64,000 nucleotides of DNA, taken from Catajapyx aquilonaris (lineage: Eukaryota). A program made the position numbers and the translations under genes. The stretch is from assembly GCA_000934665.2 (NCBI GenBank), contig JYFJ02000867.1, positions 1 through 64,000 of the forward strand, given 5' to 3'. The notes below the pieces were generated by a model that worked only from the letters and a program-made list of their open reading frames with translations, was not told the origin of the DNA and did no database searches. Shown in pieces: positions 11,190-24,242 of the stretch; position 1 is the first letter of the stretch, and each line of letters opens with the position of its first letter.

Positions 11190-11560
11190 TAAACAATTTT
11201 GTCAATATATATTTCAAAAATTCATTGTAATAATGCAATTTCAATATTTCACTGTAATAATTCAGTTGCAAAAATTCGATTGTAATAATAATTTATTCAA
11301 TTTCCTAATTTCATTTCAAAAATTTAATTTTTAAAAACTCATTGTAATAATTCATTTTCAAAAATTCATTTCAGTAATTCCAAAACTCCATTGTAATAAT
11401 TCATTTTCAAAAATCCACTGTAAAAATTCAATCTCAAGAAATCATTTCAATAACATTAAATTGCAAAATTTCATTTGTAACAAATTAAATGTCAAAATTT
11501 CATTGTAATAATTCAATTTCATAATTTACATTTCAATAACTCAATTTAAATTATAAAAAT
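11190..11560. repeat. AT-rich degenerate tandem repeat (TTCATTGTAATAATTCAATTTCAAAAA-like)
   Basis: The repeated motif is visible about ten times. Confidence 0.7.
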
Positions 11561-13190
11561 TATTTTTTTGAAACCTTGCTGATCCTTGCATTGATGATGC
11601 TGCACACATCAGGTCATCGGGGGGGAGGTGGGAATCCAAACCTGCTGCATGGCCGTAAAAACCTTGACTAAAAAACTCCCCCCACGCCCCCCTTCTTCAC
11701 GGCCACAACCACTTAATTAATGTGACATATTATTTACGACACTCTTTAATTACACTGGAATTTTTTGGAGGAGCCACCGCATAATTTCTTGTGACGTATA
11801 TACTGGCGGAGCTATGATGTATGGTCCGTCTTGATACAACCCATCTCGTCAAACCCGTACAGCCTGTAGCAAGCCAATTATTTCTTACGGTATACAGACA
11901 GCGAGATGGACACTTGCCAGGACCATGATTGTTGGGGAACGTGTAATGACATGGCAGAAGGGCCACACTTTTTCAATAATTGCTGGAGGCGGTTTAAGAC
12001 AGAGATGTCACTTCCGGTGCAAATTTAATTGACACACGGAAGGAAAAGTGGCAGATGACCCCCCAAAAAAACGGATTTGGTCGAATAACATTTCGCATAG
12101 ATGTCTGGGTTAACACATTTTAATGAATCACAGGTCGTACAGTTCCTCGACTGTATTCGCTCGGAAATAATATGCTGGTGTGCATACATCACCCACTATA
12201 CTGTCCCAAATGTGCAAACTCTGCGGATCAACAGATTACACTTTTAAATATACTCTTGCAGAAAGTTTTTCATCGGCATTGATTCATGTTAGCCCCGATT
12301 TGACTCTGCACAAAAAAAAACGAAGGTGATCGTTAATAATATTCACAGGTTGCAAACCCAGCAAATGACTGCTGGAAATAAATACAGCAGGTGTACAGTG
12401 TAACTTTTAACAGCAGCAACTACCGACTGCATTAACGGAACGTACGGATGGCTTACAGTTACGATCTCATTAACCTCATATGTTGTCCTGTTGCCTTAAT
12501 GTAATTTATACCTTGTAATTAACAGAGTACGGCACGCAAATGCATAACTGTAAACCTCCCAATAACGTTCAAATTAATGCAATTGGGCACAAGTTATTTT
12601 CAATGTGTCGTTGAAGTAGCTGGTAGATCTCCGATCCGTGACAATCTACCATAACGTCCCAAGGAAAAATGGACTTCTAAGTCGCTTGAATAAATATCCT
12701 TGTCGGCTTAATCTGAAAGTATGGCTAGAGTGCTTACAGTCAACTAAAACAAAACAAATTCGGGTCCACTTTACAACGAAAGCAAAAAAAAAAAAACAAC
12801 GTATGGCTCGCTCTACTTTGATCCAACAAAAAAAACAACGCATAAACAGAACATTTCCTTCCGGAGTTTTCAAGACACTGACTCTCAAAAATAAAAAATA
12901 AAAGGACACTAATTTCACTTCATTGTTCCGAATGTCCAACGGGCATTATGAGAGTATTTTTTCCACATCACACACGATGATCCTGAGATTTGAGGTTCCA
13001 AAGACTCTGCAGCACACACTACACACTCACATTTGTTCAATTGGTGGCTGAGCCCTGCCCCGACTTCGATATAAAAATTAAAAGCAATAAGCTCAATGGT
13101 TTGTTTTTTTTGGTTCAAAAAAAAAAGATTGTTGGGGATGGGAACAAAAAACGAAAAAAACAATGATGAGATAAACAGAGCTCAGTCCGC

Positions 13191-16100
13191 CTACACCGTG
13201 GAGATGGTCACATTGATCCCCAGGTTTCCGTTGTCCGCAAAGAGCTGCGCAATGCTGGTGTCAAACACAAGGCAGTCCGAGTTCATTATAGCTGACGACA
13301 CACCTTCGTGGATGGACCTAGGGGTGGCCTCCCACGTTAGCCTCCGTCGATGTCCGTTCAGCTCCAACCTGAAAAGAATTGCAATTGCAAATATTTGTTT
13401 GCTTCGTACTCTCACAATGCAACCAGCAGTCAACGACCCGGGAGGTTTGACACTTTAATGGGTTATTAACAATTTTACAGCCGAGCCCACGCCTTGACAT
13501 TACTCTTGACATTAGTCGCAACTTCATCAAGCCAAGTCTGCCCAACTTGTCAGTTGCACCTTTTTTTTTCCTCCAAACTGACAGGGTGCTAAACACATTT
13601 GTCCAAACCTCCATAAAAACGACCACAGGCTGTGACACCCTTGAAGGCGATTAGTCAAGCCTTGTAAAAAGGAAAGGTATATATATAAAAAAATCAAAAG
13701 TTGAAAAGCTACTGGAACAAAACCAGGGGTCTCCAACTGGGCACTTAAATTGGCTTAGCCTCTAGAATTTGGGAGGAACCCCCCAACCATGAATGGACCC
13801 ATCTGTCAAAAAGTTTTGTCCCCCTTCAAGGCATTGTTGATGACTCAGGAGGGACCCCTCACCAGGGGGTCAGGTCGACTCCAGAAAGAAAGGAAAAAAA
13901 AAAAAAAGAAGTACAGACCCACTCAAAAACCAACTCTCACTGTGCAAACTATACTGCGGGCTAAGCAAACCTTCGGAGTACCACATATGCTTTTTCCTTG
14001 AGACCAGAATACCGCTCTCGGGTTGTCTGCATACCTTTCCATAAGAAGTGTGCCCATCGCCTCCAAAAACACTTATAGTCAATTAACTCCCTTGAACTTT
14101 TAAGCCCATGCTGATCCTTCCAACTTTTAATCTGACAGCCTGTAAATTTCAGGTGTCCATCTTAACCTGTCAGTGCCAACAGCAGGAGGTGGGACACACC
14201 CCAAACTTGGGTCCCACAACAAGGATCAGCTGGGAAAATTTCCCATGGGAGTTTTTTTTGTGTCTGTGTGTGTGGGAGCTCAAAATAAATAAAAATAAAT
14301 GGTCAGTTTTTTTTTTATAAAAAAAAGGTGGTATGGTGCCAACTTTTGTGGTCGTTTGTCATGCTGGGATGACTTCTTATATGCTTGGCGGGTGACACAG
14401 TTGCAGTTTGATATCTTGGGAGCAGCTTCTTTTATCTTCAGGATATCCTTCAAGTCTGATGCGGCTAACAGTCACAGCGGAAGTTCTTGGAAGCATGCAC
14501 GGCCCACTTTTGCTTCAAGTCGTACGTTACAGACATTCAATTTTATGGCCAGGCACCTGTTGCTAAGCAGGCATAATATTGCAGCTCAGCACTGAATGAA
14601 CATTAAAAAAATTAATTAAATTCAGCTGCGACCTGACTATTTAACCTCAAAAACCAGCACTCACAACCAACTTCTCATAATTAATTTTAGGTGAAGAAAC
14701 GCTGCTCTAAGCACCTGACAAATGACATGTTAGTCACGCAGTCTGCAAGCCGCACAGGTTGAGCTCCAAGCGATGGCAATATGCCCAGGTAGAAAACAGA
14801 TTTACTGCCAATTATTGCATCTGCAGCTGGATCGGTGAGAATGGCTTACTCCCGAGAGTGGAAAACGAGCTGTGCAGGTTTCGTTAGGAAGCCTATAGAA
14901 GAAACTGCAACTGGATGCAAACCACATGGCGAAGTCATGCCCTGTCCTTGAGACAGGCCTACGTCCGGTTTTTACAACTCATTTCCATGAAGGCAGTAAA
15001 AAAAAAGAATGTATTTATAGCGCTGACATGACAAATAGGCATTTGAACACGAGTGCAGACAAAACGATTCAAACACAACGAGGTAATCACTCGGGTAATA
15101 CAGTGCGCATTTTTTCAGAGTGTGACTTTCCCCTCATCTTTTGTCTTCGAATTCCTTCAGAATTCAACTCACAAAAAGTGTGATCGATTCACTCCTACGA
15201 GCATACCAATAGCAGACTATGTTCTTGGTATACGACATACCAGGAGCAACGGACAGGTTTCCACCAAGTACACAGTTCATTACAGACAGGTTTTAACTAA
15301 GACGTAGCACCACTTCGACAGTGCCAAGCCGAACCCCGTAAATTTAACGAAATCATTTCCTTACCTGTATGCGAAGCTTTCCGCCTGTTTTCTAGATCCA
15401 ATGAGCTGCACGATCGCGAAGAACTGCTGGTGCCCGTCATACTTTTCCTGCTTCTCCAAGACCAGCATAAAGTTGTGCTGGAAGCACGACTGCATCATCA
15501 CCCAGTCCACCGCACCAGGGAGGTTGATGTCCGTTGCAAGGAAAACAATGTCCTCGCCTGACGTACAGTGAGAGAGATGGAAATAAAACGAGTTAGAGCA
15601 AGCGACCCACACGGAGAGAAACTCGCAAAATGTCAACTGCGTCATCAATTTCAACGATTGAAGCTCACACACACACACAGACGAATCGAATTATTCAAAT
15701 TGCGGACAATTCACATTACACTAGCTGCCCTTGTAAATGTTTACAAGAAATTTCGATCAGAGCAAGTGCATTGAAAGTGATGCTCGAGTGATTTTGCCGG
15801 ACTTAGTCACTCACGAATGATAAGAGTTTATTGTCACTTCCTCGTTACGTCTTTCAAAAAAAAAAAAAAAAACAGAGGCCATCCTGCTCTAATGGGAGCA
15901 TGATTTTACTTGGTAAGAGGAGGGCTTGCCAAACTTGCATAGGCATTGCTAAGCATTTCGAGGTTAAAACAAGGCAATGGTGTAGCATTGAGCAACGAAA
16001 TTTTGGAAACGGTTCAAAATTCATCCTGGCTTTTTTCTTCCCCGAGGTCTAAAGTACACACATCAACAAAGAAAAAAATATATTTACAAAAAAGTATCGT

Positions 16101-17758
16101 ATGTTGACAAACCCTGCACCAAAAATTCAGTTGCTGATTGGGTAGTTACTCGTGTTATAATCACCAGAACAAGGATAGCCCCATTTGTAAATTCAACTGC
16201 GATAAAGGCAAGAAACAAGTGTCGACGGACAAACAAATTTGGTGCGCGACATTGCCCCACAATGCCAAAAAACCTGATTTCAACACCTTCTCGACGCGAC
16301 GAAAGCCAAGCCAAGTTCTGTTTTCTTAACAAAGATGAGTCACTTTGTGCAGGTTGAGCGGGAGGCAAAACACAAACAGTCTCTTCCACACTCAAGAGCT
16401 GGATCCCGTCCAAAAAAAGCCACGTGTACCAAAATTTTGTCATGCACCAAGCTTACTCGCAGGGTCGACAACACAAAGAAACACCAGATAATCGTATGTC
16501 TACAAGTAATAAAACGGAAATGTCCAACACGTGGCGACGCGCACACATTTTTGGAAAGTTCCACATCCGCAAAATGTCAAACCTACTTAAAAAAGAATGC
16601 ACACAAACAGAACTGAGGTATTTGTTGACAATTCAGGTTTGTTTACCATGACAAATTAGCTCGAAATAATTCCCGACACGAATTCTCCAGTGCCATGTGC
16701 ATATTTGCTGTCAGTATGACGTCCCTGCGAGTTGTACATTTAATAATTAAAAATAAGTAATGAGGCAAATATAATCATATCGTTGCCATTATGTGAAACA
16801 AGTGTATTAAGCGGACTGATTTTAATTGATTTTAATTTAAGTACAACAATAGGTTCAAGATGGGGCTTCCACGACTTAAACCGTAATGAATGTGAGCCGA
16901 AGTTTAAGTCGCTGTGACCGAGTCTTGATTGCTTGTTCTCTAGTGTAATTGAACCTTACGTACTAGTTTTCACACATTTTACAGCTGAAGTGAAGCCGTG
17001 TTTACATGTATCGCTGAGCAAAAGTAACAATCATTGTAATATATTTTCCTCCCAAACAATTGGTCTCATCGCTGCACATTGCTGATCAAAACGCTCATGT
17101 ATGTAAATGCGGCTTACTGCTGTTTACTCCATTTTCAAATTGCTGATTAAAATGCAACAGTTGATCATATGCATTGATTACATAAACTGTGCATATGGGC
17201 TTCCACTGAGCAGAAACTGACCATGCAAGGTGGTGATGGACTTGTGTGAGGTTACAAGGTGAGGCATGACTTGCTCCAGGGAACCTTGCCACTTGCAGGA
17301 CGCTCCGGGGCAGGGACAAGAGTAGGGCCTGTGTTCGCAGGTCTCCTCGTGGTCCGCCTTTTCCGTGTGGAGGAGCAGTGCAGTGCAACCGGACGCCGAG
17401 TACTTGCATGGAAACATCACAGTGCTTGCCACCTTCTCCATTGCCAGATTACGAATGTTACCTGCATGAAAAATTGCGGAATATCAGCAAGCAATTCCTT
17501 TACCAGGGGCTTATCTGGATACTGACCCAATGGCCCACGGCAAGTGGGGCAGCAGGTGAGCTTCGGCCTGCAGTTTGAGCAGACGAGATGGCCGCTCTGG
17601 CACTGCAGTATCGGAGGAAGGACATAGTCGAAGCAGACGGGACATTCGAAGAAGCTGGCCAGGTCCGTGGTGTTGGTGGGAGCCACAGACACAGAGGACG
17701 CTGCGCCTCCGGACAGACCCCTCCGCTTGGAGGGGTTGGATCCCACCTGACCACTCAT
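13191..17758 (-). CDS. SIAH: E3 ubiquitin-protein ligase Siah/seven in absentia, 280 aa
   Basis: Exons 17758-17527, 17461-17222, 15557-15365 and 13368-13191 (843 nt). [45 protein letters not shown] zinc fingers, and substrate-binding domain ([56 protein letters not shown]). A splice acceptor 3 nt upstream of the ATG implies unlocated 5' UTR exon(s). Confidence 0.97.
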
Positions 17759-19769
17759 GATCTGGAAGGAGAATCGGGGGAAATTAAGTCATCTGCCGAC
17801 AATTTGAAATCATTACGACACTTCGATTAACACAATTTTGAAAACGATGAATAGCCAGTGCCTCCCACTTGCTCGACACCTGTTTCTTATTTTTAGTTGA
17901 GGGCAGCGACTCTTTGGATGTGTCATCGTTGGGTGGGATCAGGGACAGAGAAAAGGCAGTTACGTTATGGTGGGGAAGGTATTTTTGAGCGTCTTATTGC
18001 CCAATGGAGGCTGCGACAAAAATATACTCTTGTCTTTTTTCATGAATAGAGTCCTTTAAAGGTAATGGCATGCAATCATTACGAAAATACGAAGAAACTG
18101 TTTACTTAGCGAACATTTTACATTCCTTGGATTCGCTTCAATGTCACCATGTGATCGTTTTGAACCTTGCAATACCGGCGCCATTGACAAAAATGAACCA
18201 AAAGCTGTACGGCCACTCTTATTCGATATATAATAAAATGTGATAAGCTGCACTTATCAACATGACGTAAGCGATTGAACATTACCAGTAACTTACAAGC
18301 GCTACTCCTTGAGGTCTGATGAGTGAGGCGTTAAACATCCTTCTGATCAGTTTACTACCGCACGTTGTCTAGGAACAAAACTTTAAAAAGCCAACAATCA
18401 TCGCATGTCCTAGCAACCTGTTGCCAAGTAAACATTCCGACCTCAGACTGTCATTCAATGCAACACATCATTAGCTCAACACGCCTCATTAACAATGCAT
18501 GTTCAACATATATTAATTACCTGTCCAATTTGAATCATTGTCCGTACAGCTTCCTCAGACATATTATTTAGGCTTCTAATCCGACACGTTTGAGCTGACC
18601 TTGACTCCATCGTTGAGTGGGGAGGATAGGTTAGTTCGATTATGACGTAACATGCTTTTTAAAATTATATAACCTACATATTTTTAACGAGTTGGACGAA
18701 AAACCTCGATTATTCAATAAGCCAGGGATCATCTTCCGCAGCATGTAATTTCTTTTACAAGGTTCCCTCTCCTAAGTCGTGACAAGATCAGCTGATGGGG
18801 AATGGTGATTCGTTCTGACTTGTCCTCATGAATAAGAAACCCATCAGGTAAATTCCACTGCGCTTTGATGCCAGATGAGATAAGGGTTGCGACAACTGCT
18901 CAGAGAAGGATGGCTACTTGGAGGCATCCCTAATGATTCACACAGTCTGGCCAACTCTTCGGCTCTTTCTCTATATTTAAATCGTGCAGCATATCATAAC
19001 ATAGGTCCAATTTAACAACTGAATTTTTTGTCGCAGCCAATACCAAACGATGTTACGATTTTGTCAGTATTTGGTCGGTTGACACAAATATCTAGTTGCA
19101 GCGAATTGGTTAACAACCCTCCGGTGTGCTACTTCCGAAATGACAGCCCCAGTTTACTGTAGGTCTGAAACAGAACCACCAGTACTATATATTTTACAAT
19201 TTGGCAGCAGGATATGTTTGAAACGAGGTCGAGGTATGTCCTCACATGTGACCATGCTTTAAAACCATCTCCCCATTGTTAGCACCTGTAATTCATAACA
19301 AAGCGGAATGGCTACAGTCACTTTGCAGTGATAAAAATCAAGGGGCAGAATATCTCGAGATGTAACAATAACAGGCATATCTCAGGCCCATTTACTTTTG
19401 TGACCACAAGTCTAGCCCTTAGAGTAAGTCTCCCAAGACCTGACCTTCGCAACAGAAACCTTGCCTTTGCCGTATAGCGAATTTTCACTTGCTGTTTGCA
19501 CTCTCAGCATTGCAATAATTGAGTCATTTACACTCCTAACGTGGATTTTTCCTGCCATTTTAGTCCATTTACGAGCCAGGAAGCCAGGATTTTCATGTAA
19601 ACAAATGCAAGGTCATTGCTTTGAATTACCTAAAAACTGGGTTGTTAGACTTATTTCATAATGTAGGCAAAAGATATGATAGCGTAAACATGTTTTAATG
19701 ATTTTATAATCATGAACAAGGAAAACTTGGTGACTTTTCTTTACAGCGATGCCTTACGGCATGATCTGG

Positions 19770-20530
19770 AAACCTGCTGAATTAACAAGGCTTTCCTGCA
19801 ATTAAGCTGCATTTACATGCGAGCGATTTCACGAGCAAAGTCTTCGCCGAGCGGTAACATCGCTGAGTAACCCAAGTAACCAGGTATATTGGTTACTTCG
19901 CTCCTCTTCACTCGTCAAATCGCTCACATGTAAATGCAGCTTCAATGCTGAATTAACAAGACATTTCAGCAACGAAAACATGCTTATTTGGTGGTATTTC
20001 TGCAATTAAAATCTGCCAAACAAGCCATATAATCTGTAATTAAAACCTTAATGAACATTTACATCTATAATAATTATTAAAACACGCTGAATAAGTATAT
20101 CCGCATCTATAACATGCTGAATTTACAAGGCGTTTCTGTAATTAAAACATACTAAATTAACGTATTTCTGGAACTAAAACATGCTGAATTCACATGCATT
20201 TCTGCAAATAATACATGCTGTTTTAGTGATATTTCTGCAATTAAAACCTTCTTAATTAACATGCACATCTACAACTAAAACATGCCAAATTAGTATTTCT
20301 GCAATTAAAACATGCTGAATTATTGTTTAAGATGGAGCCAAACTATTGTGCGGAACATCATCATTTTGTTCTCATGCAACAATAGGCGTAAACAATGTTC
20401 TTTTCGCTGACACTGTTTATTCATATTGTTGCGTGACGATGACGTCAGATCGTTGTTTTGTTTTCCGCAAATTAACACAGGTATTTTTGTAATTTAAACA
20501 TGCTGAATTAACAAGGAATTTCTGCAGTTA
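19770..20530. repeat. Degenerate ~35-bp minisatellite (TTTCTGCAATTAAAACATGCTGAATTAACAAGGCA)
   Basis: More than ten diverged units, interrupted by a MITE at 19804-19942. Confidence 0.8.
19804..19942. mobile_element. Short MITE, PIF/Harbinger-like
   Basis: ~32-bp TIRs AAGCTGCATTTACATG(C/T)GAGCGATTT(C/G)ACGAG, inserted at a TTA within a minisatellite unit. The right TSD is imperfect (TCA). Confidence 0.7.
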
Positions 20531-20563
20531 TTATTTTAAAAAAAATTTAATTATCATTTTGCT

Positions 20564-20767
20564 GTAATGCGCAGTATGGTATTTCTGCAATTAATGTAAT
20601 GCGAGGTAAGGTATGTCTGCAATTAAAGTAATGCGAAGTAAGGTATGTCTGCAATTAAAGTAATGCGAGGTAAGGTATGTCTGCAATTAACGTAACATGA
20701 GGTATGTCTGCAATATATTAGAGTAATGTGAGGTAAGGTATGTCTGCAATTAGAGTAATTCGAGGTA
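20564..20767. repeat. 32-bp tandem repeat (GTAATGCGAGGTAAGGTATGTCTGCAATTAAA), ~6 copies
   Basis: Units start at 20596, 20628 and 20660, with diverged flanking units. Confidence 0.9.
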
Positions 20768-22557
20768 CGACCTTATTGTTCGGCACGACCTTCGACCTCA
20801 TTGCAATCTTACTGATCCTGCGGTACTCACACATGCGGCACACCCAAGCCTCATGGACTGCCTCTTGAGCCTCAAATACTCTGGATACTCGCATGTGGAG
20901 CACATGTCTGCCTAGTCGTGTCTCCCTGCCGAAGCAATGACTCGCAAACTGGTGGGCCCTTTTCTTTGTCCCTCCTCTTTATTACCTCCCGCATGGTGTG
21001 ACGACCCTCCACTAAATTTAGATCTCTCTCCCAAGGTGTTGCACTCCTCTCCATTTTTTTTGTTTTTTATTTATTTAAATACCTCCCCACATCCTTATTT
21101 CCAACCCCCCTTTTCCTTTAAAATGGTTGTCTTCTCTCCAACCTTTTTTGTTGTTGTGCTTTTTCAACTTACATCCACTGAATGGGTCGTGGTTTTTGAC
21201 GGGTTCAGTTCCCCTCCCCTGTTGCGTCAGGAGTTGTGGCGGTGATTATCCTCCATGGTTTCTGGCTAGCCTCTGCTGGACCTCTCGAGGGATGCTGGAG
21301 GAGAGAAGGCAGTGGGTGGCAAGATGAAGCCTCTGGAGGAAGGAGGGGGACACACACTTTGGCTTGACGTCCTCTCTCGCTCGATCGTTCCATTTAGAGC
21401 CGATAGATGTCTCTTCCGTCGGATGGGAGTGGAACCAAGATGGCCGACTAATAAGCAGGGTTGCCAGGCCAAGATGGCCTACTAAAGTAGGGTTGCCAGG
21501 TCAAGGGCGCCGCACTATTCGAACAATTGTGTTCCAATTGGTGATCCACCTTCATCTGGTTGGCCCCTGGTCCTTTTGCGCCCGGGGGCAAGCCCGGGGG
21601 CGGCCCCGATGTCCCTCTGAAGAAGAGAGGCTACGGAGGGACTCGGGGAGGCAGATGATTTTTTTTGAGACAGACACATATTGATACTCTCCAATGGATG
21701 GTCTTCCCCGCCTCGGGGCCGCATTGAAGGTGAGGCTAGAGCAAGGGCCCCCTGCCTGCCCCCGGTCCCAACTGGCGGCACGGGTCATGATAAATAATTA
21801 GCAGTAGACATACAAAAAAAAAAGAGGACTGGAGCACTTTCCCAAGGACATGAACAAGCTGTGGGTTGCTTGTCCAGCAACACATCTGGAAGGGGAGCAA
21901 GTAGTGGAATGCTCATTATGATGGGGGTGAATTACTATCAAGCTACTAATTGTTGGGGCATGTTAGCACAGTGTAATTGCAGTGCGACGCCTAAGAATTA
22001 TATTGTCGTATGTCCAATGGACTTCCATTGGACATACGACTTAGACTTAGGCGTCGAGTGGTAGAAAATACTGGACAAATATGTGTAGCCAAATTAAAAG
22101 GGTTTTCCTTTTCCACAAAATGAACCACAAGGTTGGGGGACCTTTGAGGATATTAACATTAATTTTAATAGATAATTATGCCCCTATATCATCCTGTAGC
22201 CGTATTATAAGAGCTGCATATTAGCTATTAAAATTTAATTTAATGAACTAGATGACCGGAACACAAATGTGGTAACACATTTACTTATAAGACAGGAAAA
22301 AAAAATAATTATATTACGTGAGTACTTCAAGTGTGAATCTGAATGATTGTACAGTACCGCTCATAAAGACTGGTACGACTCTATGGACAAAATGTTTATT
22401 CTGTTTCCAACCCCTGGGTCGCCAGCATGTTTTTAGGGGTCATGAGGGAGGCTGGGTAAGGGCAATTAAAATCAAGAAAAAAAAGAGAAGAAAAAAACAA
22501 GTCATAGTAAGAAAATTTAAGAGGGGAAATTCATCTCAAATCTATGTAAGCATTGTG

Positions 22558-22690
22558 CCTGGTGTGTGGTGTCCAACAAGAGTTTTCGCAGCGGCAGTGC
22601 ACGAACTACAGTCTCTCGTGTCCCTGTGCTCGTAGATTGTAGTTCGTGCGCTGCCGCTGTGACAATTCTTGTTGGACTGATAGTACCAGG
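22558..22690. repeat. Long inverted repeat/hairpin (~45-bp arms)
   Basis: 22571-22618 pairs with 22631-22677, plus an outer CCTGGT/ACCAGG pair. Confidence 0.85.
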
Positions 22691-24242
22691 TTGAATATTT
22701 TGGTAATAAAAATTTTCGTCCCTACTGTAGTAGTTATGTAATAACGAGACTTGTTATCAATAATTTATTACAGGGTATACCATAGCTTTTCCAGTATGAA
22801 ATAAAATTTTACAGCTTTTGTGACTCATGTGCAAGTGTTATGCTCATTATCAGTTAATTAGTCACCAAATTATTAAAGCTGGGATCATGCATGCACTGTG
22901 CAACAAGCATTATCTGTTTGTGCGCAGGTGATTGATCAGACGCTCATGTATTGCGCGATGACTGATAAATTTCAATAAATAAATTTATAAATACACTTCA
23001 AACAGAGAACCCTCATTGAACCACCTGACGACATACTGTTGCCAATTAACACTTAATTATCAGAAAATACAATGCACATGTGAGGCACAAAAATGCAAAA
23101 GGCATTATCTCATCCCCTCCCTACACCATTTCACTTTTAATTAAGACATGACTTGGCCCTGGGGATCAATATTGATTGGAGCAAATATTATTTCGCACTC
23201 TAGTTTCAATCATTGCACATTATTTTGAATAGCATAAAATAATTAATACACAAAAATGCATGGAACTGTTGAAGTGATATGAGTGCAAGAGGCAAATACT
23301 TTAGCGGTGAAATAAATATTATTTTGGTGATGTTTTTTTTTTGGTTACGTTTTTAAAAATTAGGTACCAAAAATTGCAAGATTGCAAATACACCGAACTC
23401 ACTGGTGAAAAAATTACATGTCTGCACCAGAATGCGCAAACCAAACATTGCGAATTAAAGCGGGTTAAAATACTGTCCATACTTTCATGATATCTCGCGC
23501 GGTTTACACAAACATTGTGATTAATTAATATCAATACTAGCAGCTTTCGCGGCTGGAAAGCAACGAAATTAATTTAATATCACTGAGCATACTCTCATAA
23601 AATCCACTTCACGCACGTGCAACAATACCCAAATAATTGTGGCGTACGTGCTCTCTGTACATGCGATTAGCTGCATTCGGAGCGAAGCTTCCCATCACAG
23701 CTTACACACTCGATCAAAATATACTCTGCAACCACCTCGAAACTCACGATTCACTTGCTAATGAACGCAAAAAATAAATTAAACATCCATACACCAACAC
23801 ATTCAGAACATACAGCCTTTGCATAACGAATTTTTTATGCGGTTGTCGCTTGCAAAACAATGCTCACAGCAAATATTTGCGTCAACACAATGATCACAAT
23901 TAGCTAGCTATTATGACTAGATTAATGACTTGACAGCTCACGTTAAGCTTACAACCGGTAACATAATTTAAAAAAAAAGGATAACGGCTAGCGATTAATT
24001 AGCCGAAGCTGCCAGTGGTTAACAAATGCACCATAATTCTGCGCAACATTAATTCACGCTGTGCTAATTATATTTTTAAAATGTGTGCAACATTCCCTCA
24101 TCGCCGGAAGAGGATCGAATATGCTTTGCATTTGGTTTTTAATCAATGTCAACTGCATCGATTCATATCCACCAACATGATCGCTAATACTGCAATCGAA
24201 GTAAGCGGCACAAAAAAAAATTTCTTTGGTTCGTTTCCGATA

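Noticed and set aside
10699..11192. Repetitive Cys-rich ORFs on both strands, or a CRISPR-like repeat-spacer array
   Set aside because: By-product of a three-copy tandem repeat. The intervening sequences are related to each other rather than unique spacers, there are no cas genes, and the context is eukaryotic.
18313..18350. C/D-box snoRNA or hammerhead ribozyme (CTGATGA..CTGA); similar at 18781-18824
   Set aside because: The boxes are only ~30-45 nt apart, no rRNA guide was recognised, and the hammerhead GAAA core and stems are missing.
20770..21790. LINE or zinc-finger relic (WVCRMCEY; GC-rich ORFs)
   Set aside because: No RT or endonuclease motifs, frames are interrupted, and I could not assign a family by eye.
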